A stretch of 48,233 nucleotides of DNA from a virus (taxonomy: Duplodnaviria; Heunggongvirae; Uroviricota; Caudoviricetes), in IMG/VR virus record IMGVR_UViG_2974569193_000001, positions 172,702-220,934 of that record, one strand, 5' to 3'. Positions 35,470 to 43,295 of this stretch are shown piece by piece (position 1 is the first letter of the stretch; every line of letters begins with the position of its first letter). A model generated the notes under the pieces. That model was given only the letters and a program-made list of their open reading frames with translations. It searched no databases and was not told where the DNA came from. The position numbers were made by a program, and so were the translations under genes.

Positions 35470-35746
35470 CCTCACCAGCCGCGTGGGCGCGGCGCGTCAT
35501 CACCGCGCCCACGACGCCGCGCTCGACGCCTCGGTCAACGCCTTCCATGAGGCGGTGCGGATGTACACGGGCCTGACCGCCCAGGTGGACCTCAAGAAGG
35601 TCCGCCCCGCCATCGTCGAGGACTACAGGCTGGGCGCGATCGCCGCGTTCGAAGCCCTGCTCGACAACATGAAGAACGCCAGCGACGCCCTGGCCATCCT
35701 CAACGCAGTGCGCGCGGCCGAACCGCCCAAGCGCCCGGAACTCTAA
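35453..35746 (+). CDS. hypothetical protein
   Basis: AAGGAG RBS + GTG. Confidence 0.75.
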   Translation: MADKPDLTSRVGAARHHRAHDAALDASVNAFHEAVRMYTGLTAQVDLKKVRPAIVEDYRLGAIAAFEALLDNMKNASDALAILNAVRAAEPPKRPEL

Positions 35747-35750
35747 ATCC

Positions 35751-36557
35751 ATGCCTCGCCTCGCCAATGACCGTCACGAGACCTACGCCCTGCTGCGCGC
35801 CAAGGGCATGAAGCCGCCCCAGGCCGCCCAGGGCGCCGGCTTCGTGGCGGGCTCGGCCGTCTACAGCGAACTGGAGAAGGACCCCGAGATCAAGGCCCGC
35901 GCCCAGGAACTGCTCGACGAGAACAACCTCAAGCGCGACCAGATGCGCACGGCCGCTCATGAGGCGGCCAAGGTCGTCGGGCAGATGAGCGGCGTGTCCA
36001 AGTCCTGGGTGCTTCAGAAGCTGGCCGAGAACGCCCAGATGGCGGCCCAGGATGGCGACTACAAGGAGAGCAACGCCGCCCTCAAGCTGATCGGCGACGA
36101 GTTCGGCATGTTCACCGGTGCGTCCGGCGAGGGTTCCGACCAAGGCGACGGCAAGCGCTCCTACGACCTCGACACCATGAGCGCCCTGCTCGACAAGGCC
36201 GCCGAGACCCTGCCCGCGCCGGCGCCCAAGGTCGACCCCAACGTCGCCTTCGACCTGATCGCCGGCCAAGGCGAGGCCGCCAAGCGCGCCCGCCAGAGCC
36301 GCGCCTTCTCCGACGGCGAGGAAGCCGACATGGCCTTCACCGAGGCGGCCGACATCGACGCCGTGCCCGACGGCCCCTGGTCGGGTCCCGCGCCCGAGGA
36401 CTTCTTCTCCGAGGACGAGCCCGAGGCGATGGTCGGCGAATCGTTCGAGAAGATCGACCCCCAGACCTCTCCCGAAGAGATCATGGCCCGCATCGCGCAG
36501 GCCGACCAATCCCCGACTTCCAGCGACGATCGGCCCAAGCGCCGGTCCTCGCGCTGA
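35751..36557 (+). CDS. terS: terminase small subunit
   Basis: N-terminal HTH (ETYALLRAKGMKPPQAAQGAGF), WVLQKL...AALKLIG..FGMF; directly upstream of terL. Confidence 0.75.
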   Translation: MPRLANDRHETYALLRAKGMKPPQAAQGAGFVAGSAVYSELEKDPEIKARAQELLDENNLKRDQMRTAAHEAAKVVGQMSGVSKSWVLQKLAENAQMAAQDGDYKESNAALKLIGDEFGMFTGASGEGSDQGDGKRSYDLDTMSALLDKAAETLPAPAPKVDPNVAFDLIAGQGEAAKRARQSRAFSDGEEADMAFTEAADIDAVPDGPWSGPAPEDFFSEDEPEAMVGESFEKIDPQTSPEEIMARIAQADQSPTSSDDRPKRRSSR

Positions 36558-36570
36558 CCACTGAACGTCT

Positions 36571-39303
36571 ATGACCTTCTACCCCATGGAGGACCGGGCC
36601 AAGGCCCGCTCCGTCGTCACCAACCTGCTGGACCTCCAGCGCGAAGCCGTCAAGGTCAGCCGCCAAGGCCTGATCCTGCCGCCCGAGCGCAAGCAGTTGA
36701 TCACCCAGTTGACCGAGACCGAGGATCACACCCGTTGGGTTGACCTGCTGGGCCAGTTCGCCGATCGCGTCCAGACCGATCACCTGAGCCGTCTGAAACC
36801 GATCGCCAAGGACGACTTCAACGCCTTCTGCGAGTACGTCAATCCCGACGAGCCGCCGGCCTCCAAGTGGCACGTCTTCCTGACCGGCACGCTCCAGGAG
36901 ATCGAGAACAATCCCGAGCTTGAGCGCTTCGTGCTCAACTGCCCGCCGGGCCACGCCAAGCCGCTCGACGTCGACACCGAGGTGCTGATGGCTGACGGCG
37001 CCTGGAAGCGCCTGGGCGACATCGTGGTGGGCGACTACGTGGTCGGCGAGAGCGGCGCGCGCTGCAAGGTCACCGCCGTTCACGAGCAGGGCGACCTCGA
37101 CACCCTGAAGATCACCACCGCCCACGGCCGGCAGATCATCGCCGCGCCCGATCACTCGTTCCGGGTCGGTGACGGCTGGAAGCCGGCCGGCAAGCTGCGC
37201 CCTGGCGACGCCCTGTCCGTCGTCGGCGCCGCCAACCTCAACTACGACGCCAGCGGCAAGACCATCGACCACTTCGAGCTTGCCGCCTACCTCCAGGCCA
37301 AGGGCGGGCGCTCCTACTTCCACCGCGTCCACAAGAGCGGGCCGAAGACCTACCGCAACGTCTATCTGTGGACCTCCGATCACCGCGAGGCCAGCCAGAT
37401 CGCCGCGTGCCTCAAGCGCATGGGCATCACCTTCAAGGGTCGTCTGGCCAAGACCGAGAAGGTCTGGAAGATGCGCCTGTCGACCGAGTGGGGCGACGCC
37501 CTGGCCGAGGAGTACGGCCTGGACGCCAAGATCGACGCGCGCCGTGTTCCGGCCTTTGTCACGAAAGGCGACGAGGAGCAGATCGGCCGCTACCTGTCGA
37601 CCCTGACCTCGCTGGCCGGCGAAGCCCCCGAGCGCTACACCATCCCGCGTCTGGTGCTCTACTTCAAGAACCCCGACTTCGCCACCGACGTCCAGCGCCT
37701 GTTCGCCGCCGTCGGCGTCAACGCCCGCATCGAGCCGCGCAAGACCGGCCGCACCCGGCTGCACATCTCCGGCGCGGACCTGGAGGCCTACTTCGCCGCC
37801 GGCCTGACCTACTCCGGCGCCAACGCCGACAAGCTGCCGGCCAAGCGCGCGGCCTTCCCGACCTCGCCCTCGACCCTGGCCGATCACGTCACCTGGATCG
37901 AACCGCACGGCGTGCGCCCCTGCCGCTGCCTGACGGTCGAGAACGAGCACACTTTCATCGCCCAGGGCGTTGTCGTCCACAACTCGACCTACGCCTCGCG
38001 CCTGTTCGTGGCGTGGCGCCTGGGGCGCGATCCGCGCCAGAAAATCATCGGCGGCGGTCACTCCCAGCGCTTCGTCGAGAACGAGTTCAGCGGCAAGATT
38101 CGCAACCTCGTGCGCACGCCTCAGTTCAAGGACGTCTTCCCCGGCGTCGTCATCGACCACGCCACCTCGGCTAAGGACATGTGGGCCATCGCCGGGCACG
38201 GTGGGCAGTACGCCGCCAAGGGCGCTGGGCAAGCCATCCACGGTCTGCGCGCCAACTTCGTCTGCGTCGATGACCCCTATCCGTCGATCCAGAAGGCCGA
38301 GAGCGGGGCCTATCGCGAGGAAGTCCGCACGTGGTTCTTCGGTGACGTTGGCTCGCGTCTGTTGCCGCTTGCCAAAGTATTCCTCATCATGACGCGCTTT
38401 CATGAGGAAGATTTGACGGGTACGATCCTCAAGTACAACCAAGACGCACTTGTGGAGTCGGATCGTTATCACATCGTCGAAGCGCCCGCCCTGTGTTACG
38501 ACCCTGAGAACGACGTCCTCGGCAGGGCGCTCGGCGAAGTTTTGTGGGACTACTATGACTTGCATTACTTCAAACGGAAGCGCTCCGAGTGGAAGTACCA
38601 AAGATTTGCTTTGGTTTATCAACAACTTGCGGACGCGGCCTCGGACACGTCCATCGCGTCTAAGTTCCAGACCTATACGCACCTGCCGCATCTGGAGCCC
38701 AAGACCCTCAAGGCGCGCATGGATGCGGGGCATGTCGACGATCGCGGCCGGCCGATCCCGGACCGCAAGGAGCACTTCCGCCGGGTCGTGACCTCGGTCG
38801 ACGCGGCTCAGAAAAAGGGCGCGCGCAACGACTACACGGTCGTCCAGGTGTGGGGCGAGACCCACGATCGCAAGCACTACCTGATCTACCAGGAGCGCAA
38901 GAAGGTCGAGATCAACGACCTGATCGAGATGGTCGAGCGCATCTCCAAGCGCTTCGACGTCGACTCGATCCTGGTCGAAGACAAGGGCAACGGCACCGCC
39001 TACATCCAGGCGCGGGGCCAGACCGACAGCCAGCGCCGGCTCGCGCCGGCCCCGATCGAGGCGATCCAGGTCCCCAGCACCTACTCCAAGGAGTTCCGCT
39101 TCAACGAGGTCATCCCGATGATCGAGGCGCAAGAGGTCTACCTGCCTGACAAGGCGCCGTGGCTGGACCTGTTCATCCGCGAAGTCGGGCAGTTCCCCGA
39201 AGGCGCCCACGATGACCAAGTCGACGCCATGACGCAGTACCTCCGCTGGGCCAAGTCCAAGCGCTCGCGGTTCGGCGCGCGCAAGGTCGGCTCGATGGGC
39301 TGA
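36571..39303 (+). CDS. terL: terminase large subunit, intein-containing (910 aa precursor, 569 aa if spliced)
   Basis: Walker A PPGHAK|S, Walker B CVDDP, TRFH..DL.G, nuclease motifs SVD..., VEDKGNG, HDDQVDA. Confidence 0.95.
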   Translation: MTFYPMEDRAKARSVVTNLLDLQREAVKVSRQGLILPPERKQLITQLTETEDHTRWVDLLGQFADRVQTDHLSRLKPIAKDDFNAFCEYVNPDEPPASKWHVFLTGTLQEIENNPELERFVLNCPPGHAKPLDVDTEVLMADGAWKRLGDIVVGDYVVGESGARCKVTAVHEQGDLDTLKITTAHGRQIIAAPDHSFRVGDGWKPAGKLRPGDALSVVGAANLNYDASGKTIDHFELAAYLQAKGGRSYFHRVHKSGPKTYRNVYLWTSDHREASQIAACLKRMGITFKGRLAKTEKVWKMRLSTEWGDALAEEYGLDAKIDARRVPAFVTKGDEEQIGRYLSTLTSLAGEAPERYTIPRLVLYFKNPDFATDVQRLFAAVGVNARIEPRKTGRTRLHISGADLEAYFAAGLTYSGANADKLPAKRAAFPTSPSTLADHVTWIEPHGVRPCRCLTVENEHTFIAQGVVVHNSTYASRLFVAWRLGRDPRQKIIGGGHSQRFVENEFSGKIRNLVRTPQFKDVFPGVVIDHATSAKDMWAIAGHGGQYAAKGAGQAIHGLRANFVCVDDPYPSIQKAESGAYREEVRTWFFGDVGSRLLPLAKVFLIMTRFHEEDLTGTILKYNQDALVESDRYHIVEAPALCYDPENDVLGRALGEVLWDYYDLHYFKRKRSEWKYQRFALVYQQLADAASDTSIASKFQTYTHLPHLEPKTLKARMDAGHVDDRGRPIPDRKEHFRRVVTSVDAAQKKGARNDYTVVQVWGETHDRKHYLIYQERKKVEINDLIEMVERISKRFDVDSILVEDKGNGTAYIQARGQTDSQRRLAPAPIEAIQVPSTYSKEFRFNEVIPMIEAQEVYLPDKAPWLDLFIREVGQFPEGAHDDQVDAMTQYLRWAKSKRSRFGARKVGSMG
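36961..37983 (+). mobile_element. 341-aa intein (residues 131-471) with Pro1, block-F Cys and degenerate LAGLIDADG domain
   Basis: PLDVDTEVLMADG...APDH...CRCLTV...HTFIAQGVVVHN|S; removal restores Walker A GHAKS. Confidence 0.92.
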
Positions 39304-39329
39304 TTAACCATCTTCGTTCACCCTGTCCG

Positions 39330-39366
39330 GGCCTGTTAACCTTAACACACCGAGGGTTAACAGGCC
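39330..39366. terminator. 12-bp perfect hairpin after terL (GGCCTGTTAACC/GGTTAACAGGCC)
   Basis: Inverted repeat; no U-tract, so may not be an intrinsic terminator. Confidence 0.45.
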
Positions 39367-39367
39367 A

Positions 39368-39502
39368 GGGACCCATCGAAATTAACCCTTGGGGACCCAG
39401 GGGAATCGTCAGCCGGGGACCCTGGGAAATTAACCCTTGGGGACCCACCAAAATCAACCTTCGGGGACCCTAGCAAATCGTGGCTCGGGGACCCTGGCAA
39501 AT
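39368..39502. repeat. six GGGACCC-N5-AAT units with exact 24-bp period
   Basis: Starts 39368, 39392, 39416, 39440, 39464, 39488. Confidence 0.95.
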
Positions 39503-39515
39503 CAAGGAGCCGGCG

Positions 39516-39749
39516 ATGGCCGAACTCATGTCTCTGATGGCCAGCGCCGCGCCGTTCCTGCTGCTGGCGATCGTCGTCTACCACGCCCTGGAGGCCTTCT
39601 GGGCGATCAGCCTGTGGGTCTACGGCCTGCGCACCCTGTGGAAGCTCCACCGCGACGACGTCAGCGAGGCCCTGACCCTGGAGCGGGCCTTGAGCCCCTT
39701 CTCCAGCCCTGGCCGCGACCGCAACGGCAATCCTGTCCCGCCGGCCTGA
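39516..39749 (+). CDS. small membrane protein
   Basis: AAGGAG RBS; hydrophobic N-terminal half. Confidence 0.75.
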   Translation: MAELMSLMASAAPFLLLAIVVYHALEAFWAISLWVYGLRTLWKLHRDDVSEALTLERALSPFSSPGRDRNGNPVPPA

Positions 39750-39756
39750 CGACCTA

Positions 39757-39782
39757 TGTCACGGACTGTAGGTTTCATGACA
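39757..39782. promoter_or_regulatory. TGTCA-N16-TGACA palindrome 1
   Basis: Same arms and spacing as 40063-40088. Confidence 0.45.
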
Positions 39783-39821
39783 AGGTGGATTATTCCACAA
39801 CGAAATCAAAGGCTTATCGCC

Positions 39822-40070
39822 ATGTCGATCCGCGCGTTCCTCCACGATCTGGCTGTCCGCTTCGTCGTTTTGGGGTGGATTTTTGCTCAAAAACCCCAGA
39901 AATGGGCTCCAAAAGGGCATAATTTTCAGCCCATCCCGCCGGCCCAGGTCGAGCGGCAGGACCTCCGGGGGCGCGTGCTCCTCCTGAGGAGCTTCGGCGT
40001 CCTCGCCGCCGCATGCACAACCATGGGCCTGTGTCAATACCTGCTCTGGTGCCGCGCGGCCATGTCATAG
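39822..40070 (+). CDS. hypothetical, possibly membrane protein
   Basis: Weak RBS, atypical codons. Confidence 0.45.
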   Translation: MSIRAFLHDLAVRFVVLGWIFAQKPQKWAPKGHNFQPIPPAQVERQDLRGRVLLLRSFGVLAAACTTMGLCQYLLWCRAAMS

Positions 40071-40088
40071 ACTAGGGCTTTCGTGACA
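40063..40088. promoter_or_regulatory. TGTCA-N16-TGACA palindrome 2
   Basis: Same arms and spacing as 39757-39782. Confidence 0.45.
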
Positions 40089-40117
40089 GCTTCACGATCC
40101 CGTTACCGGACAACCCC

Positions 40118-40273
40118 ATGCCCCACCTCGGTTTCTGGCTCTCCGCCGCCTGCATCGCCCTGGCCTGGGCGATCTGGGCCGGCGCCCGCGTGATCCGCCA
40201 CGACCGTGCCCGCAGGGCCGCCTTTGGGCGCCTGGGCCGGCTCACCGCCCGCACCCATATGCGTCATATATGA
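40118..40273 (+). CDS. 51-aa membrane peptide (below ORF-track cutoff)
   Basis: MPHLGFWLSAACIALAWAIWAGARVIRH..., basic tail. Confidence 0.55.
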   Translation: MPHLGFWLSAACIALAWAIWAGARVIRHDRARRAAFGRLGRLTARTHMRHI

Positions 40274-40350
40274 GCCCTTAGCCCCTCTAAGGTCTCATAT
40301 ATGCGACCTTACGGTCCTCTTGACGCCCTCGTGTTCCTCTGAACGCGGGG

Positions 40351-40458
40351 GCGTTTTGACGTCGGCGCATTTCCAACTCAACGCGGGAGCGTTTTGACGT
40401 CCGAGCGTTTTGACGCGAGCGCATTTTCGATTCGACGGGCGAGCGTTTTGACGTCCGA
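40351..40458. repeat. 54-bp tandem duplication containing four GCGTTTTGACG copies
   Basis: 40351-40404 vs 40405-40458, 45/54 identical by hand alignment. Confidence 0.9.
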
Positions 40459-40505
40459 ACGTTTTTCAACTTGACGTCGTTTCATTTACCACGAGCGCCT
40501 TAGGG

Positions 40506-40662
40506 TTAACCGCCGAGCCTGGGAAGGGTTAAGGCCCGTTAACCATGTTTGTTAACCCTCATACCATTAACCTATCACCCGTTAAGGTTAACGCGCCAGA
40601 CCCATTAACCCTTAGCGTGTTAAGGTTAACGCCCCGGCCCAGGCGCCCGGCGTTAACCTTAA
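40506..40662. repeat. cluster of 12 TTAA sites, incl. TTAACC-N8-GTTAAGGTTAACGC twice
   Basis: TTAA at 40506, 40529, 40539, 40552, 40567, 40582, 40588, 40605, 40620, 40626, 40653, 40659. Confidence 0.85.
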
Positions 40663-40681
40663 CGGCGCGTCCCCGGCCCAG

Positions 40682-40721
40682 GTCATACCCGGTAGGGCCG
40701 TCAGGCCCTACCGGGTATGAC
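40682..40721. repeat. perfect 18-bp inverted repeat with 4-nt loop
   Basis: GTCATACCCGGTAGGGCC-GTCA-GGCCCTACCGGGTATGAC. Confidence 0.95.
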
Positions 40722-40771
40722 TCCGCTGGCCAGCGCCAGCCGGCGAGCCCGGCGCCGATTTTCTTTCGGCG

Positions 40772-40803
40772 TTTACTTTTTGTTAAGAATTGGGCTCTAG
40801 TGT
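40772..40803 (+). promoter_or_regulatory. CtrA-box promoter 1 (TTTA-N7-TTAA, N11, TAGTGT)
   Basis: One mismatch to TTAA-N7-TTAA. Confidence 0.75.
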
Positions 40804-40846
40804 CCTCCTTGCCGGCGCACTTCCGCGCCGTCTGGAGAACGCCCGC

Positions 40847-41035
40847 ATGATCCCGGCCGAAGTGCTGAACCCCCGCGAGCACTGGACTCCCGTCGCCACC
40901 CGCGACGAGGCGGAGTCCATCGCCACCGCCTGCAACGCTTCCGACGACGTCGGCCGCTACTACGTCGAGCCCAAGGGCGCGGCCTTCGCCGTGGCCTATG
41001 ACGACGAGTCCGGCGCGTTCGTCGCTTACCTCTAG
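40847..41035 (+). CDS. hypothetical protein
   Basis: GGAGA RBS. Confidence 0.8.
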   Translation: MIPAEVLNPREHWTPVATRDEAESIATACNASDDVGRYYVEPKGAAFAVAYDDESGAFVAYL

Positions 41036-41051
41036 TCCTGGAGCCTTCGCC

Positions 41052-41339
41052 ATGTCTCGACTCACCGGCTACAACGTCAACGGAACCGGGTTCAAGGGCG
41101 GGGCGGTTCCGCCCGTCCCCGCCCAAGGCATGACCGGCCACGCCGACGGGCTGAACCTTTGGGTTCCGGCGCGCGAGCATGTCGCCGCGCTCTTGCCGCA
41201 CCGCTGGCGCGCCGCCTTCGCCCGCGCCGTGTTTTGGTACGACAAACACGACAACGCCAAGCCGGCGCGCGCCGACCTCTACGACTCGCGCGGCCGGTAC
41301 CTGACTCAGGTCTGGGCGCATCCGGTTTTCGCCGATTAA
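41052..41339 (+). CDS. hypothetical protein
   Basis: GGAG RBS; stop TAA forms a CtrA half-site. Confidence 0.8.
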   Translation: MSRLTGYNVNGTGFKGGAVPPVPAQGMTGHADGLNLWVPAREHVAALLPHRWRAAFARAVFWYDKHDNAKPARADLYDSRGRYLTQVWAHPVFAD

Positions 41340-41367
41340 CGTTTTGTTAAGACTTGGCCTCTAAACA
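41336..41367 (+). promoter_or_regulatory. CtrA-box promoter 2 (TTAA-N7-TTAA, N11, TAAACA)
   Basis: Perfect box. Confidence 0.8.
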
Positions 41368-41400
41368 GGGGTCAAGTCCAACCCCTGGAGGCCCTGCCCC

Positions 41401-41940
41401 ATGTCCGCTATCGAAACCGTCAACCTCTCGCGTGGCCGTGTTCTCACGGTCGAAATCGACGACTGCGCCCAAGAGCCCTACGCCGACGACAAGGGCGTGC
41501 GAATCGTCGTCCTGCATCGCCATTGGACGAACCCCGCCGCCGGCCTGCTGGACACCGTCGAGGACGTCCAAGCCTTCGAGGCGGAGAACGACGCGCCCGA
41601 CTCCGAATGGGCGATCTTTGAGCTATGGGTGATGGACCATAGCGGCCGGACCTTCAAGGCCGGCGCTCTGGGCGCCGGAAACCCGTTCGGCGCCGGACCC
41701 TACGCGCAATGGGATAGCGGCCGGGTCGGAGTCATCGCCCTGGCGCGCGCCGAGTGGCCCGCCGCCGACCTCAAGACCGCCCAAGGCGTCGCCGACACCT
41801 ACGGCGCATGGGCCGAAGGCGAGGTTTACCAATTCGTCATTTCGAACCGCCGGGGCGACGTGCTCGACTCGTGCGGCGGGTTCTACAGCGTCGCCGAAGC
41901 CCTGGCCACCGGCCGGCAGGAAGCGAAGGTGAAGGCGTGA
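41401..41940 (+). CDS. hypothetical protein (DHSG...WDSG.VG...GEVY...DSCGGFY motif)
   Basis: GGAGG RBS. Confidence 0.85.
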   Translation: MSAIETVNLSRGRVLTVEIDDCAQEPYADDKGVRIVVLHRHWTNPAAGLLDTVEDVQAFEAENDAPDSEWAIFELWVMDHSGRTFKAGALGAGNPFGAGPYAQWDSGRVGVIALARAEWPAADLKTAQGVADTYGAWAEGEVYQFVISNRRGDVLDSCGGFYSVAEALATGRQEAKVKA

Positions 41941-42131
41941 GGGTCGCCCGCGAAAGCTTCGCCGTGTTCTGGACCCGTCCCGGCTGGCGCGTCCAGTTTC
42001 ACGCCGACATGAAACGGGCGCTGTACCCGACCGCCAAGGCCGCCGCCGACGCCTTCGCCGCCATGTTCCCGGCTGATCAGGTCAAGAGCGTGCGCGACGG
42101 CTCCGGCCGCTTCCTGGCCTTCAAGCGCTAG
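41937..42131 (+). CDS. hypothetical protein
   Basis: GTGA overlap. Confidence 0.75.
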   Translation: MRVARESFAVFWTRPGWRVQFHADMKRALYPTAKAAADAFAAMFPADQVKSVRDGSGRFLAFKR

Positions 42132-42136
42132 ACCAG

Positions 42137-42172
42137 ACGCCCCGGAATCTTTTTCCGGGGCGTTTACTTTTT
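42137..42172 (+). terminator. intrinsic terminator
   Basis: ACGCCCCGGAA/TTCCGGGGCGT stem then T-rich tract. Confidence 0.8.
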
Positions 42173-42195
42173 GTTAAGAGTTTGCCTGATAGTGT
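42163..42195 (+). promoter_or_regulatory. CtrA-box promoter 3 (TTTA-N7-TTAA, N12, TAGTGT)
   Basis: One mismatch. Confidence 0.75.
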
Positions 42196-42247
42196 CCCCT
42201 TGCCGCCGGGCAATCCCGCCCGCCGGCCTTCGTTAGGATCGCACCGC

Positions 42248-43246
42248 ATGACCTCTCACGCCATGGTCGCCCATCGTTGGGCTCAAGACGACGAGAACGC
42301 CCGCAACGTCAAGGGCTTCAACATGTATTTCGAGCGTTACGGGCGCGGCCCGGACGCGGTCAACGTCATCTTTTCGTATGGGACTCACTTTCCGGCCGCC
42401 GCCTTCGTGACCGATGAGCACGGCCGCCGCGTGGTCCTGATCACCACGAAAGGTTACAGCGTCTCGACCTCTAAGCACATGTCGCACATCCGCCGGGCGA
42501 TCCCGTCGGGCGTGCCGGTCTTCCACGTGCCGCACGTCTCGCGCATGCACAAGCCGGGCGGTTCGTCCGACTTCCACGCCGTCAACCTCGAATCCTACCT
42601 CAAGGCCGTCGCCGACACCGCCGCCAAGGCCAAGCGCGCCCGGACCAATGGCCCTTGGCTGCTGTCGCAGGCCCGCGAAGCTCTGGAGGAAGCCAAGGCT
42701 TACGCCGCCGCCTTCAAGCTCAAGACCAAGGTTCCGGCCAATCTGGAGGATGTGGCCGGCGCATGGGCGAAGATGACCGCCGCCAAGGCCAAGGCCGAAG
42801 CCAAGGCCCGCAAGGAGGCCGAAAAGCGCGCCCGTGAGGCCGCCGAACAAGCCAAGATGCGCGACGCCGACGCCTTCGCCCGTTGGCAAGCTGGCGAGGG
42901 CTATCAAGCCCCCTACAGCTACCGCACCCGCGACGACGGAACGGTTTACCTCCGCCGCGTCGGGGACGAACTGCAAACCTCGCAAGGCGCAACCGTGCCT
43001 TGGGAACACGCGGTTAAGGCCTTCCGGTTCATCAAGCTTTGCCGTGAACGCGGCGAGGGCTTCAAGACCAATGGGCGGGTTATCCGCGTGGGTCACTTCA
43101 CCGTCGACTCCATCACCCCGGCCGGGGACATGGTGGCCGGTTGCCACCGGTTCGCGTGGTCGGAAATCGAACGCCTCGCGCGCGCCGAAGGGGTCCTAGA
43201 CCTCGCGCCGGCCGCCGACGCCGTCGAGAGCCGCGAGCACGCCTAA
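42248..43246 (+). CDS. hypothetical protein (332 aa) with central Ala/Lys coiled coil
   Basis: TAGGA RBS; YSVSTSKH and AGCHRF motifs. Confidence 0.85.
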   Translation: MTSHAMVAHRWAQDDENARNVKGFNMYFERYGRGPDAVNVIFSYGTHFPAAAFVTDEHGRRVVLITTKGYSVSTSKHMSHIRRAIPSGVPVFHVPHVSRMHKPGGSSDFHAVNLESYLKAVADTAAKAKRARTNGPWLLSQAREALEEAKAYAAAFKLKTKVPANLEDVAGAWAKMTAAKAKAEAKARKEAEKRAREAAEQAKMRDADAFARWQAGEGYQAPYSYRTRDDGTVYLRRVGDELQTSQGATVPWEHAVKAFRFIKLCRERGEGFKTNGRVIRVGHFTVDSITPAGDMVAGCHRFAWSEIERLARAEGVLDLAPAADAVESREHA

Positions 43247-43251
43247 CACCC

Positions 43252-43284
43252 AAGGCCGCGCCACCCTGGCGCGGCCTTTCTTTT
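43252..43284 (+). terminator. intrinsic terminator
   Basis: AAGGCCGCGCCA/TGGCGCGGCCTT then TCTTTT. Confidence 0.85.
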
Positions 43285-43295
43285 CCGTGTACGCG

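Noticed and set aside
36940-36960. Cys of NCPPG as a canonical intein Cys1
   Set aside because: Splicing there would delete PPGHAK and destroy the Walker A motif; block A aligns from PLDVDTEV.
36481-39219. 912-aa minus-strand ORF
   Set aside because: Shadow of terL, which has clear catalytic motifs on the + strand.
39368-39502. Possible CRISPR mini-array
   Set aside because: Conserved part is only 7-10 bp with a 24-bp period; spacers resemble each other; no cas genes or leader in the window.
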